From Monocercomonoides exilis PA203 (Eukaryota; Protista; Preaxostyla), in NCBI GenBank assembly GCA_001643675.2, contig LSRY02000006.1, forward strand, positions 1,798,001-1,862,000: 64,000 nt of DNA, read 5' to 3'. Made by a program: the position numbers and the translations under genes. The stretch's first letter is position 1, and every line of letters begins with the position of its first letter. Below are positions 1 through 10,588 of this stretch, in pieces. The notes under the pieces were generated by a model. That model saw only the letters and a list, made by a program, of their open reading frames with translations. It had not been told where the DNA came from and did no database searches.

Positions 1-790
1 GTTGTTTGTTTCGGAATCAGTTCCTGGAGGTGTTCATGACGTTACCCTTTTCAAAAGTGGCAAGCATAGGTATGTTGAATACCTAAAAAAAAAAAAGAAG
101 AAGAAGAAAAGCTAGGAAATTCAGTGCACAATCAAAATGGAAGTTGGCCAATAATGGCTGATAAGGGGCATCAAGGCCATTTCATTGATATCAACGTAAT
201 AACTCCCATCAAAAGAATTCATAAAGCAAACAAAACTTTGAATGAAAAAGAATTCAAACGTTCAGAATCTGAATCGGTTTATTCTCTCTCTTCAACACAG
301 CTTTCTTCTTTCTCTTCTCCTCAACCTCCTTCACTCTCTTCTCAACCTTCATTTATGTCTTTATTTGTTTCTCCATTATTATCTTTTCCTTCTGCTTCTT
401 CATCTTTATCAATCTCTCCTCCAGCAGACAATTTTTTCATCGTTCCTGCATCAGTTGCAACTTCTTCAACTCAATCAGAAATGTTATTCACAAAACCAGG
501 GATGAGCGTTATGACTGCTTAAGAAGTGGAAATTTTCAATAAGAAAGTTGCAAAACACAGAATTCCTGTAGAGTGGTTTTTCTGTCGAATGAAAAGATTA
601 TGGCTCCGAATGTCAGAAAAATACACAGGTCCACGAGAAGATTTTGCAGCTGATGCAAAGATCGCATGCTAGCTCACGAACATTGTGATCGATAACAACT
701 CTTTAGAAGCAGATGATGTAATTTTTTTTTGAAAAGTTTCAGAATTTTCAAATAGTAAAGAAACGGAAAGAAAATAGATTCAAGAAATAA
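1..790 (+). pseudogene. PIF/Harbinger-like DDE_Tnp_4 transposase remnant (5' end outside window)
   Basis: Manual translation gives SESVPGGVHDVTLF...WPIMADKGHQG...VITPIK...FNKKVAKHRIPVEWFFCRMKRLW...IAC*LTN, i.e. the HD / D-x-G-Y/H / R-x-x-V-E motifs. Frameshift in the A-run at 85-96, stops at 520-522 and 670-672, and a Ser-rich in-frame insert. Confidence 0.8.
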
Positions 791-1112
791 ATGCAAGGGC
801 AAGAATGGAAAGAAAAATGATAAGGAAAGCCTCCAAATAATATGAGTTTGAATATTTTTCGACATATATCTGAAGATCAAATGTTAAAAGAGGAATGATT
901 GTAATTTTTTTATAATAAATATTTTTTGCAAGTAATTTTTAACATTATTTTTTTCATTAACGATGAAAAGTTTTTGAAAGTAAAAAATTGCATGCTTTTG
1001 TGCAAATATTTTCATTCAATATTAAAAATAAATCTATTCTTTTTTAAAATTTTGATGATCGTTTCGATCTCGATATATCTTTGAATATATATAATTTTTT
1101 TATTTGAAACAT

Positions 1113-1369
1113 GGGTAATTATTTTTGAAATCATATTTTTTCATTCGAAAAATTAGGTGCATAAATATTTCTTGAATATCAAATAAAATTTTTTTTAAAA
1201 TGAAAGAGCTTATTGAATGCATTTTAATTATTGATTAGGAAAAACCATTTGTTTTTAAAAACAATTATCAAGCTTTTTCTCTTTTTAATTAATATCTTCT
1301 TTGAAAAAACTAACAATTTTCGAAAAATCAACACCCCGAAAAAAGGAACGATTTCAAAAATAATCACCA
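1113..1369 (+). mobile_element. MITE family B (~257 bp), empty copy; 4-bp TSD ACAT
   Basis: Imperfect TIRs GGGTAATTATTTTTGAAATC / GATTTCAAAAATAATCACCA; ACAT at 1109-1112 and 1370-1373; internal similarity to 3423-4102. Confidence 0.7.
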
Positions 1370-2269
1370 ACATTTTCATTTAAAACCTTGATGAACAAGA
1401 ATCACTTAACGAAAGTGTATGAAGGATATATATATCTGTCAAGTATTTTTTCAATTATAATGATTTGTTTTTCATGTCAGCCCTTTCGATGCATTTTTTT
1501 TCGAAGCATTTTTGAAAGCTTGCTGAACCTCACATCGATTATTTTATTTGATTAAATAAATGATAAAAGGTGCTTGACGGCATTTTGTTCTTTAAAAAAC
1601 ATGTTCATTTCTGAGACGATAATTTGCGTAATGAATAAAGGTGATAATTTGATTTTTTATTCATTTCTGATTTCTGCTTTCTTTTTCTATGGACACTTTT
1701 ATCCTTGCTTATGAAGGAGTTCATTTTTTGTTCATAAACTTTTATTTCAAAATGTTTTTTTATTTGATTCCTTCTGATGAAAAGATATTAATATTTGACA
1801 TTCTTTTCAAACAGAAGTTATTGAATTGTTTTTAAAAAAATTTTTTTGAGATAACAACAAGATTATTGACTGTTATTTCTTGAAAAGCTTATAACAACAT
1901 ATTTGTCAAGAAGTTTGAAAAACAATTTATATGAGAATTATCTGATGAATATGAAAACAACTATTTTTTCCAAAAAATTATGAAAAATTAACTTTTGAAT
2001 TTGCAACAATTAAAACAAAAGTCAAAACAAAGTTTTCAAAAAATTCAATACTTCCGCTAATGATTATTAATTAAAATGATCTTTTCTAATTCAAAATCTC
2101 ATATTGATTTTAAATTTTTGGCCTTTTATTTGAATTAAGTGGTCTTTATTCAAATTAACATACGGTTATTAAAAAAACCTCTTTTAATTCAAATGATCCA
2201 ATTTAATCTGCATTGTATCTATTGAATAATTAATATATGTCATGTTAAATGTGAAAGAATGAATCACAT

Positions 2270-2507
2270 GGGTGATTCTTTTTGAAAAGTCACAAATGTT
2301 TAATTTTCATTAAATCAAAAATTTCATATTTTGCTCAAATTTCTGTTTCAGCTCACAAATCTCCTCAAGAATGTTTGAAATATGATTAACCAGAAATGGA
2401 TATCATTTAAGTTAAGTTTAATATTTGTTAACAAAATATTTATCAAAATATGAAATTTTTGATTTAATGAAAATTAAACATTTGTGACTTTTCAAAAAGA
2501 ATCACCC
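2270..2507. mobile_element. MITE family C (238 bp foldback) with perfect 64-bp TIRs; 4-bp TSD ACAT
   Basis: 2270-2333 is the exact reverse complement of 2444-2507 (GGGTGATTCTTTTTGAAAAG...); ACAT at 2266-2269 and 2508-2511. Confidence 0.9.
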
Positions 2508-2809
2508 ACATTGACATATTATTTTATTCAACAGTTGCATGATCATTTTTGAAATTATATATTCTAATCAGTGAAGGTGTAATTTTCTCTTTGATAATAA
2601 TATGCAAAACAATTTTCAAAAAAGTATCATTTGCTTTCAAAATCTCATCTTTCGAATGTTTGTTGCTGTGGAAAGACAGAGAACATCATTTCTGATAATA
2701 ATGAAAAAACATTCGATTCATTTGGAAGGATTCACAAAAATTGTTAATTCGAAAATTCTGATAAGTAAAATATTAAATCAAAAATAATCACATGTTTTAA
2801 TGTTTATAA

Positions 2810-3335
2810 TCGTGATTATTTTTGAAATCGAAACATTTTTCGGTGTGTTGATTGTAAAGTATATTTATTGTCGTAGAACATATGGGGAAAAATATTTTTC
2901 TTCAGGCATTTTCATTGAAAAATAACGCACTATTGATTGACTTTTTGAGATCAAAAACACAATAAAAATGGGTCCATTTTTTGACATTCGTGAAATGACA
3001 CAATAGCTTATAATTTGATTTCAATGATGCCTGTTTAAGGATTTGAAAATCAAATATTTTTTGAATTCTGAGAAAGCGAAATAAAGTTATGAGTGAAGCA
3101 ATTTTTCAAAGCTTTATGAAAAAAAAGCTCAATAGACTGAATTTATCCCCATATGTTTATCATTGAAATGAGAAATTCATTTCAATTGTCTCAAAAATTA
3201 ATGATTGATTTTTATGAAAGATAGAGCTGTTTTTGATTAGAAGAGACACTTTCAAGTGATTAAAAATATCATTCAAAACGAAATAGTTTGACCGAAATAT
3301 TTGACAGAAAAAATATGGTTTCAAAAATATACAAA
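2810..3335 (-). mobile_element. Degenerate family B MITE (reverse orientation) hosting a family A MITE
   Basis: 2811-2843 resembles the reverse complement of 1326-1367; ~3311-3335 resembles the reverse complement of the family B left end. Length minus the nested copy is ~255 bp. Confidence 0.55.
2884..3150 (+). mobile_element. MITE family A (267 bp); TSD ATAT
   Basis: Starts GGGGAAAAATATT, ends AATTTATCCCC; ATAT at 2880-2883 and 3151-3154; homologous (inverted) to 3599-3867 and 10719-10986. Confidence 0.85.
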
Positions 3336-3422
3336 AAGTATTTTTAAATTTCAAAATTTGCAAGCACTTAAAATGTTAAAAAGAAATTCAAAAATGCATG
3401 GTCCAAATGAAAATTTTGAGGT

Positions 3423-4102
3423 CTGTAATACTTTTTGAAATCATATTTTAATATTCAAAATTTTCTGCTCAAAAATGTCCCTTGATTATCAACGAAATGA
3501 ACAATGAAAAGTTAAAAGGCTTATTGAAAACATTTTCATCTTTTATTTGATAAAAACATTTGATTTTCAAACAGTTGGGATTGTTTTTTTAATCATATGG
3601 GGGAAAATTCGGACTTTCAAGCTTTTTATGCACAAAGCATAAAAAAATTGTTTTCCTAATAACATTATCAAACTTAATCAGATTTCCATATGAATTTGAT
3701 TTTCATATCCGGTATCATGCATCATTGATGAAATAACAAAATGTTTTGTGACCTCACATGTTTTTCAAAAAATGAACCCATTTTTTAAAATTTTTTTGAT
3801 AACAAAAAAGTTCATTTAAAGTGCATAATTTTTCAATGAAAATGCTTGAAGTCAAATATTTTGTCCCATATTTTCTCAAACATTATTTTCGATTCGAAAA
3901 TTTTCCTCGAATAAAAGTGAATGAGCACTGAAAAGTGAAGAGACATATTCAAGAGATAGTCAAATTTATATCAGCTCATACATTTGTTTAAAAAATTGTT
4001 GAGATGTATTTTTCACATGAATTCAAAATCTCTTCCCGACTGCTAACAACCTTTGAAAAATCGATTCCCCGAAAAAAGTTATGATTTCAATAATAATTAC
4101 CC
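3423..4102 (+). mobile_element. Family B MITE with nested family A copy plus ~150 bp extra; TSD AGGT
   Basis: Left end CTGTAATACTTTTTGAAATCAT (decayed), right end ATGATTTCAATAATAATTACCC; AGGT at 3419-3422 and 4103-4106; colinear with 1113-1369. Confidence 0.65.
3599..3867 (-). mobile_element. MITE family A (269 bp); TSD ATAT
   Basis: GGGGGAAAATTC...AATATTTTGTCCC; ATAT at 3595-3598 and 3868-3871; shares GGACTTTCAAGCTTTTTATGCACAAAGCAT with the copy at 10719. Confidence 0.85.
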
Positions 4103-4320
4103 AGGTCAACATAAAATATGCGCTTTTCAAGACTTCTTGAATAGGCGAAAAAATCACTATGTTTCAATTAGATCCCATTGATTTGATAAATGAAAAAGTT
4201 TGAATAAGTAAAAAAAATATCACACATATACAAACTTCACTTTTTTTTAAAAAAAATTGTTAAGAATATGATAATATCCATTTATGTTTCAAATTGAATT
4301 TCAAAGTTTTTTATTTATTA

Positions 4321-4660
4321 CACCAAAAATTATTCAACATTGTCAAATTTTTTTTGAAAAGTTCCTTTTGTTTCATTTTCAAAAAATAAAAAATTTCATA
4401 TTTCGATCAAATTTCTATTTCCACTCACCAAATTTTGCAGTTATAAAAAAAATCTTGACAATGTTATTATTTCCATTTTTGTGAAGTTTCATGAGAGATA
4501 ACAGAAAATTAATTGAAATATGAAATTTTTATTTTCTTTAAATAATAAACAAAAGGAACTTTTCAAAAAAATTTTGACACATCGAAAAACTTTAATACAA
4601 AATCGAAAAAGTTTAAAACAACATCGAAAAACTTTTATTCAACATCGAAAATTATTTATA
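4321..4660 (+). repeat. TA-CACCA terminus followed by ~21-bp tandem subterminal repeats (TATTCAACATCGAAAAACTTT-like), interrupted by a MITE
   Basis: About four 21-bp units at 4579-4655; inverted homolog at 12255-12329. Confidence 0.65.
4341..4578. mobile_element. Family C-like foldback MITE (238 bp, decayed ends); TSD ACAT
   Basis: ~75-bp imperfect inverted arms that align with the 2270 TIR (TTTTTGAAAAGT...AAAAATTTCATATTT); ACAT at 4337-4340 and 4579-4582; same length as the 2270 copy. Confidence 0.7.
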
Positions 4661-6415
4661 CTCATAAAATATGAAAAAAATTTAAAAATTCATAATCATG
4701 TTAGTTTCTTTTTTTTACAGAAAATGATCCGAGAAATTTATCAAATTCAATTAGAAAAAAGTTTTTTTCATGTATTTGTGTTGTTTGATTGTGTTCAACA
4801 ACGTGAATAAGAAAAAATTCATAATTTATTAACTCTTCACATGTGCCAATGAGACAGAAAGTAATCTTACAAAAAATAAAAACCACAGGATGGTTATTCA
4901 TACTGTTTTACGCACAAAAAGACAAAAATCAATCTTATCTGTTTGAAAAGAAATGGTTTAAATTTCAATTATTAGACCAATTTTAGTTAGAATAAATAAA
5001 TTGAAATAAATTTACTCAATTTCAACTACCTTCAACTTATCCAAATTTGCTTAATCTAATTCGAATTCCCTTCAACTTTTTTATGGAAAAAAGGGCAATT
5101 TTATGATCAACACATAATGATCGCAAGTTTTTGCTTTTGTTCATTTTTCACTTACTTTGATGAAAACTGAACAAAAGATTATGGCTCATCATTAAAAAGA
5201 AATGCGTATGATCAATTTATAAAAAATTTTGAGTTTTTTCGGTCAATTTTTCTTTAATGTGACTTTTTTTATTATTGATGTATTCTCTTTCACATGCACA
5301 AGCTTTGCATATTGTAATATGTTTCGGATATTCCATTTTAGCTTTTAACGAGATTTAAATTGTATTTTCTTAAAATTTTTTAACTTTTTGCAATATTTTC
5401 ATTTCAACTTCAATTTTAATTGGCTTTGAAATAACAAAGAAGGAAAATGAAGTTTAAGTTTAAAATTTTTTGCTGAAAAATAAAACAAAAGAAAAAATCT
5501 AATAATTCTAATAATTCTTTTTCCAATTTTTTTGAAAAGAGAGAAATGAGAGAGAAAAAAGGTGAAAGTTTATTAAGATTAATGATAATGATGAAAATGG
5601 CATTCATTTGGTTAGTTAAATATTGTGATTGTTATTTTGTTTGACTTTGATTTTCATTTGCTGAGAAAGAAGAAGATCGTGTACGATATTAGTTTGAATC
5701 CGAAGATGGAGAAGAATTTGATTGTCGAGAAAATATATGATGAGTTGAAATAAATTGCAAAGATGAAATTTGAGTATTTGACAGTGGTAGAGTAGTAATT
5801 GTCGTTTCATTCAGTGAAGCTTGAGAAGAATATTGTGTATTTATTAGGGGCAAGGGGTATTACGATAAATATTGATCAGATGAAGTCGACTTCCGCAGAC
5901 GAGTGATTCCCATTGATCTGGAAGGAACCAAGAAAAAGGGCAACTTCTAGTATGGGTGAAAATTTTTGAAAAATTACTTTTTTTTAGCCTGATCTGTCCC
6001 ACATTAAATCCAAGACATATTTTTGTTAACCGTAATTATTTCTTTTTCCATTTACTCATTCATTTTTTTCAAACTTAAGCATTTGATTCCTTCCTTTTTA
6101 AAATTTTTATCATTGACATAATCTTTATAGAACAATAATTGAAGTTTATTTGTTATTTTTGTTGTTATAAAACTGCAACACATTCAACTTGAATTTTTTT
6201 TGTAACATTTTTGACAAAATGAATTTCACATATCAATTGTTTGAATTATAAAAATCATTATCTATCTAATCTCATTATGCAAATTTTTAATTTAATAAAT
6301 GTTTTATATACGTTAATTTTCAAATTTTTAAAAAAATCAGTTTTTCGACTTTAACACTTTTTTTGAATCCAAAAATACACGACAATAATTTTGATAGAAC
6401 TTGTTTGTATTTTGA

Positions 6416-6416
<1 letters not shown>

Positions 6417-6452
<36 letters not shown>
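6417..6452 (+). repeat. Poly-A tract (36 nt)
   Basis: Direct count. Confidence 0.95.
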
Positions 6453-6453
<1 letters not shown>

Positions 6454-6822
6454 AATTGAAGATTTTTGTGCATTTAAGCAAAAACAAAAAAGTATTAATA
6501 AATGATATGTAGAGTTCTTATTTATCTTTGAGATAATTAATGAAAAGAAAGTGAAAATGAATTATTTGTTTTTCCTTTTCTTATCTTCATATCACTATTG
6601 ACTCCTTCGTTTTTTATTCTTTCAACATCTTCTTCAATACATCCAGCTCATAGATCAGCTTTTTCATTGAAGGCGAATGAAGCGTAGATGCAGAGCTGAA
6701 CTCCCTGGAAGAACGAGGAGATGGTGGAAGAGCTGGGGTCGGGGAAATGTGGGCTGAGGCGGAATGTCCGGAAGCAGAAGGAGCAGAACGAGGAGGTGTA
6801 GTTGAAGAATGAGAAGAGGTTT

Positions 6823-8400
6823 TTAAAGAAAAACGTTCTGCTGAAAGAGGTTCGTACTGACGTTCAAATTTCGAAGCGAACGGGCAAACTGGAAGAGCAA
6901 CTTCTGGAAAAGGGCTGAATTATCTTGTTGCAGGAGAGGAAGATTCTGGAGCTGAGCTAGAAATGCTACTGAGATGTGAAGGAGATGCAGGATCAGTTGG
7001 TAGCAATGAACGAGAAAACTGGAATTTAGGATGAAGGGATTAGGAAAAAAAAGAGTCGGACGAAGCATGACGAGGTTGTTAGTGGGGACAGCGCTGGTTC
7101 TCAAGTGAGTTCGGTGTCGCAGTTTGCCATGTCTTTTTTGTCGGTTTCTGTGTGTGGTGGGAAGGTTCTGTCTTCAGCAAAATTGATCTTTTTCTTGGGT
7201 CCGTATGAAAAGTTCGAGGAGAAGTTCTCTGAGAGCATCGAAGATTGCTGCACTGTAAAGATTTGGCCAGACCAGAGTGGGAAGGAGCTTTCCATGAACG
7301 TTGAGAGCGGTGCAAGTGTTGCAGGAGAAGAAATTGCGGTAGGTGAGAAGGAGGCTGAAGTGAGGGAACAAGATATTTGATCAGCGAGAGATCAGAGAAG
7401 AACAGCGCTGTGGACAATAGTGGAGGCGGTTGTTAAATTGACTGTGAAGGAGGAGTGGATGTAATTATGAGGCAGAAGATGAACAAGACGGAGAAGGAAA
7501 CGAAGATGCTGATTGCTCAGTCACAGCGGATCTTCAGGAATGAGACGGGCTGTCTGTGTGCTGTCTGTCGTCGTTTGTGTCGTGCTGGAGGCGTGCCAGT
7601 GCGATCACTTCTTAACCATGCGCGTGATGCATCCAGATGTGTGCGATGCTTCCAACTGCAGATCTCTTCCATTCCTACCATGGAACAGCTCAGTTGTAAA
7701 GATGGTTAACCGGCGCTGGATGATCAGGTGCAGGTGCTTTCGGTTGTATCAGCGGGGGTGTCTGCGTGGGTAACGGCGTGGGTATCTGCAGGAACAGGTG
7801 TAGGTGCAGGGGCAGGACTGAAGCGGCTGGTGGAGGCGGTGCAGACGGTAGTGGGGAGGAAAGAAGGGTGGCATACGCTGTTCCAGACGGCGCAGCTGCA
7901 GGCGGTGCATGTGAAGCTGCAGCTGGGGAAGAACGAGATGGAAGTGGCGATCTGCTTTCGGGTGCTGCTTGTATACGTGAGGCAAGTGATGCAGTTTCAC
8001 GAGACAATTGCATTGAAGAGGGAAGAGAAGCCACATCTTTCTATGTATCACAATTATTTGCTTCTTTAGCGCAACATTTATAAGTTCTGAGTTCAATGGA
8101 GATGGCAATCAACAACATGCTGCTGTCCATTGAGTGTGCATTGGGCGTGATCGATCCTTCGATTTCACCGCCCACATCGTCAGCGGCGTTGTCATCCTCC
8201 TCCTCGTCGTCTTCTTTTTCTTCCTCTTTCTCTTCTTCTTCTTTTTCTTTCATTTATTCCTTTCTTTTGACTCATCTTCAAATATCCCTCTATATTATGT
8301 TTTCACTTTTCACTTTTTCTTCCATTTCACCAAAGTCGTCTCATTCAGTCAAATGATAATAAATATCTTCTTCTTCCCGTCAAATATCTTTTTCCTCTCA
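6823..8400 (-). pseudogene. Decayed gene of unknown family (acidic, then Pro/Ala/Ser-rich, then Leu/Gln-rich)
   Basis: ORFs 8041-8253, 7690-8034, 7174-7371 and 6823-7104 share one minus frame separated by several in-frame stops; GC-rich island in AT-rich DNA. Confidence 0.5.
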
Positions 8401-8574
8401 GCTTTTCGTTAAATTTCTTCTTCTGCCATATCATCAATTTTTGTTTCCCTCTTTTTTCGCTTTTAACAAGATTCATCGTTAATACATTCCAATGCCTTTA
8501 TAAAAACATCTTTCTTTCCTTTCTTTTGTATTATTCATTTGTTCTTTCCTCTATACGCCTTTCCAATTATTATA

Positions 8575-9024
8575 CAATCTAAACCGGATATAATCACGTC
8601 GAATATAATCACATTCGTGTATAGTCACATTTTTCCATGCACCGACATTTTTGGTCTATTTTTCATTCATTTTCCATCGCATATAATCACAGGGCTGCAA
8701 ATATATAATCACATTTTTTATTATTATGGGTGATTTTTTCAATGAAAAATCGATTTGTTGATCAAAAATTCTAATTTTTCGCTTTTTCAAATATGTGCTC
8801 AAATAAGTTTAAATGATGTGTATTAATGTTAAAAATTAATTTCGGAAGAGAAAAATGAGTTTTAATAAAAATTTTTCAAAAATGAAAATCATGACACAAA
8901 ATAAATAAATAAATAAAATAATTTTTATTTTTTTCTGTGTAAAGTCACATCGTGTATAATCACAATCGGATATAGTCACAAAAAGTTGTACAAAAACCGA
9001 TGTGATTATATCCGGTTTAGACTG
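8575..9024. mobile_element. Tc1/mariner (pogo-like) MITE, 450 bp, TA TSD
   Basis: TA|CAATCTAAACCGGATATAATCACGTCG ... CGATGTGATTATATCCGGTTTAGACTG|TA (27-bp TIR, 2 mismatches); repeated internal ATA(A/G)TCAC motifs. Confidence 0.85.
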
Positions 9025-10588
9025 TATCCTGACTTCTTTAGTCAATCTTATGCGCACTCTTTCCATATTCCTTGTTCAACCATTGTCATTAAACATCCTT
9101 GCAAAATCTTAATAACATAAAAAAAGCAATGAATGAAAAGTTGCATATTCAAAAATATCTCCATGCCTTTTTTCACCGATTGTTCTTTATTGACTTTCTT
9201 CTTTTTTTCTTTCCCAAATATTGCTTTTTTCGAAAAACAAATCCCATCTGTCCCGTCTTCGCTTCGTTTTCGCTCCAGGAAAAAAAAATCCAAAACCTTG
9301 TACGCAGTTCTGCTTGCAATTTAGAAAATTCACAAATTCCATTCAAAAAAAACTAACGAGGAAGAAGAGGAGGAGGAAGTGTAAGTTGTCGAATTGACAG
9401 ATGAAGTGAAAGTTGCAGAACACGTTGAAGGTGGTGACCAGGATGAATGTAATGAAGCTTAAGAAGAAAAAGAAGAGACGAGATTGTTGTAGTACTATTT
9501 GCAGAAGAGTCAAATTCAACACAGCGAAGTTTATTGACATGCTTTGGTAACAAAAAAAATAACTGAAGTTAATATAAAAATAAATCAGTATCCAGTATAG
9601 CCTTTTAATCTTTTGTTGCCCATACAAATTGCAAAGAAGAAAATGCAATTGCCATTCTTTTTAATAAAGGTGAATTGGAATAATTGAAATGAAAGAATTT
9701 TTTGCAGAATACGTTTCTGGCTGAAACATTTAATAAATGTTAAATATCTTTGAATGAATAAGCTTTTATTCGACACGATTGTTGGATAGCATTTATTTCC
9801 TACGCAATTCGAACTTAGAAAAATTACAGAATTGAACAAACGTAAATTTTGTGCTAACATGCAGATTGTTCGATATGAAATCTCATGTTTAAATGAAACT
9901 CAAAATATCTTGATTTGAAAAGTGTTCTTTTCTCAAAGCAAATAAATGCAAGTTGAGAAAAAACTGATATATTTTGATCGTTTGCATTTTTTTAATTTTT
10001 GGTAATTTCTTTTCCAGGGGGAAAAAATTCACTTTTGATGAAAAACGAAGTTTACTGTTAATTTAAATAATTTTCAACGAACTTCACTAACTATAATGGT
10101 TTTATTTTTTTGATCTGTTGTGATTTTTCAAAAATTATCACCCAGTATCATCGTTTGTTTTTTCATTTTCTTTCAACTTATCTTCATTTTTTTCAGAATC
10201 GTTGAAATTCACACTTTTTCTTTTTTCTTTTTCTTTTTCTTTTTTTTTCCTCAGAAGTTAATTCATCATCTATTTCTATTTCTTCTCTTTCTTCTAATTC
10301 CAATAATGAATGTTTATGTTTTTTCTCTTGATCTGAGTGCTTTGAAAACCGTTCGCAGTGTAGATCGTCTGATTCTGTTGATTCTTCTAAAAATGATAAA
10401 TAATGGAAATATGAAAGTGAAAAAATGTTCTTTTCATGCTCAAAAGAACAATATGGGTGCAAAAACAAAAACAAACCAATTCTTTGGATTGACTTTGAAT
10501 ATTCAAAAGTTGAATTCTCATTTGCAAGATTAAGTTTTTTTCTTTGTCTTTCTATATACAGCTCGTTCGCTTCCTTTTTCGCTTCATT

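Noticed and set aside
4579-4655. CRISPR-like array
   Set aside because: Contiguous ~21-bp tandem units without unique spacers, in a eukaryotic context with no cas genes.
900-6400. Short 60-100 aa ORFs
   Set aside because: Phe/Lys/Ile/Asn-rich chance ORFs overlapping AT-rich MITE sequence.
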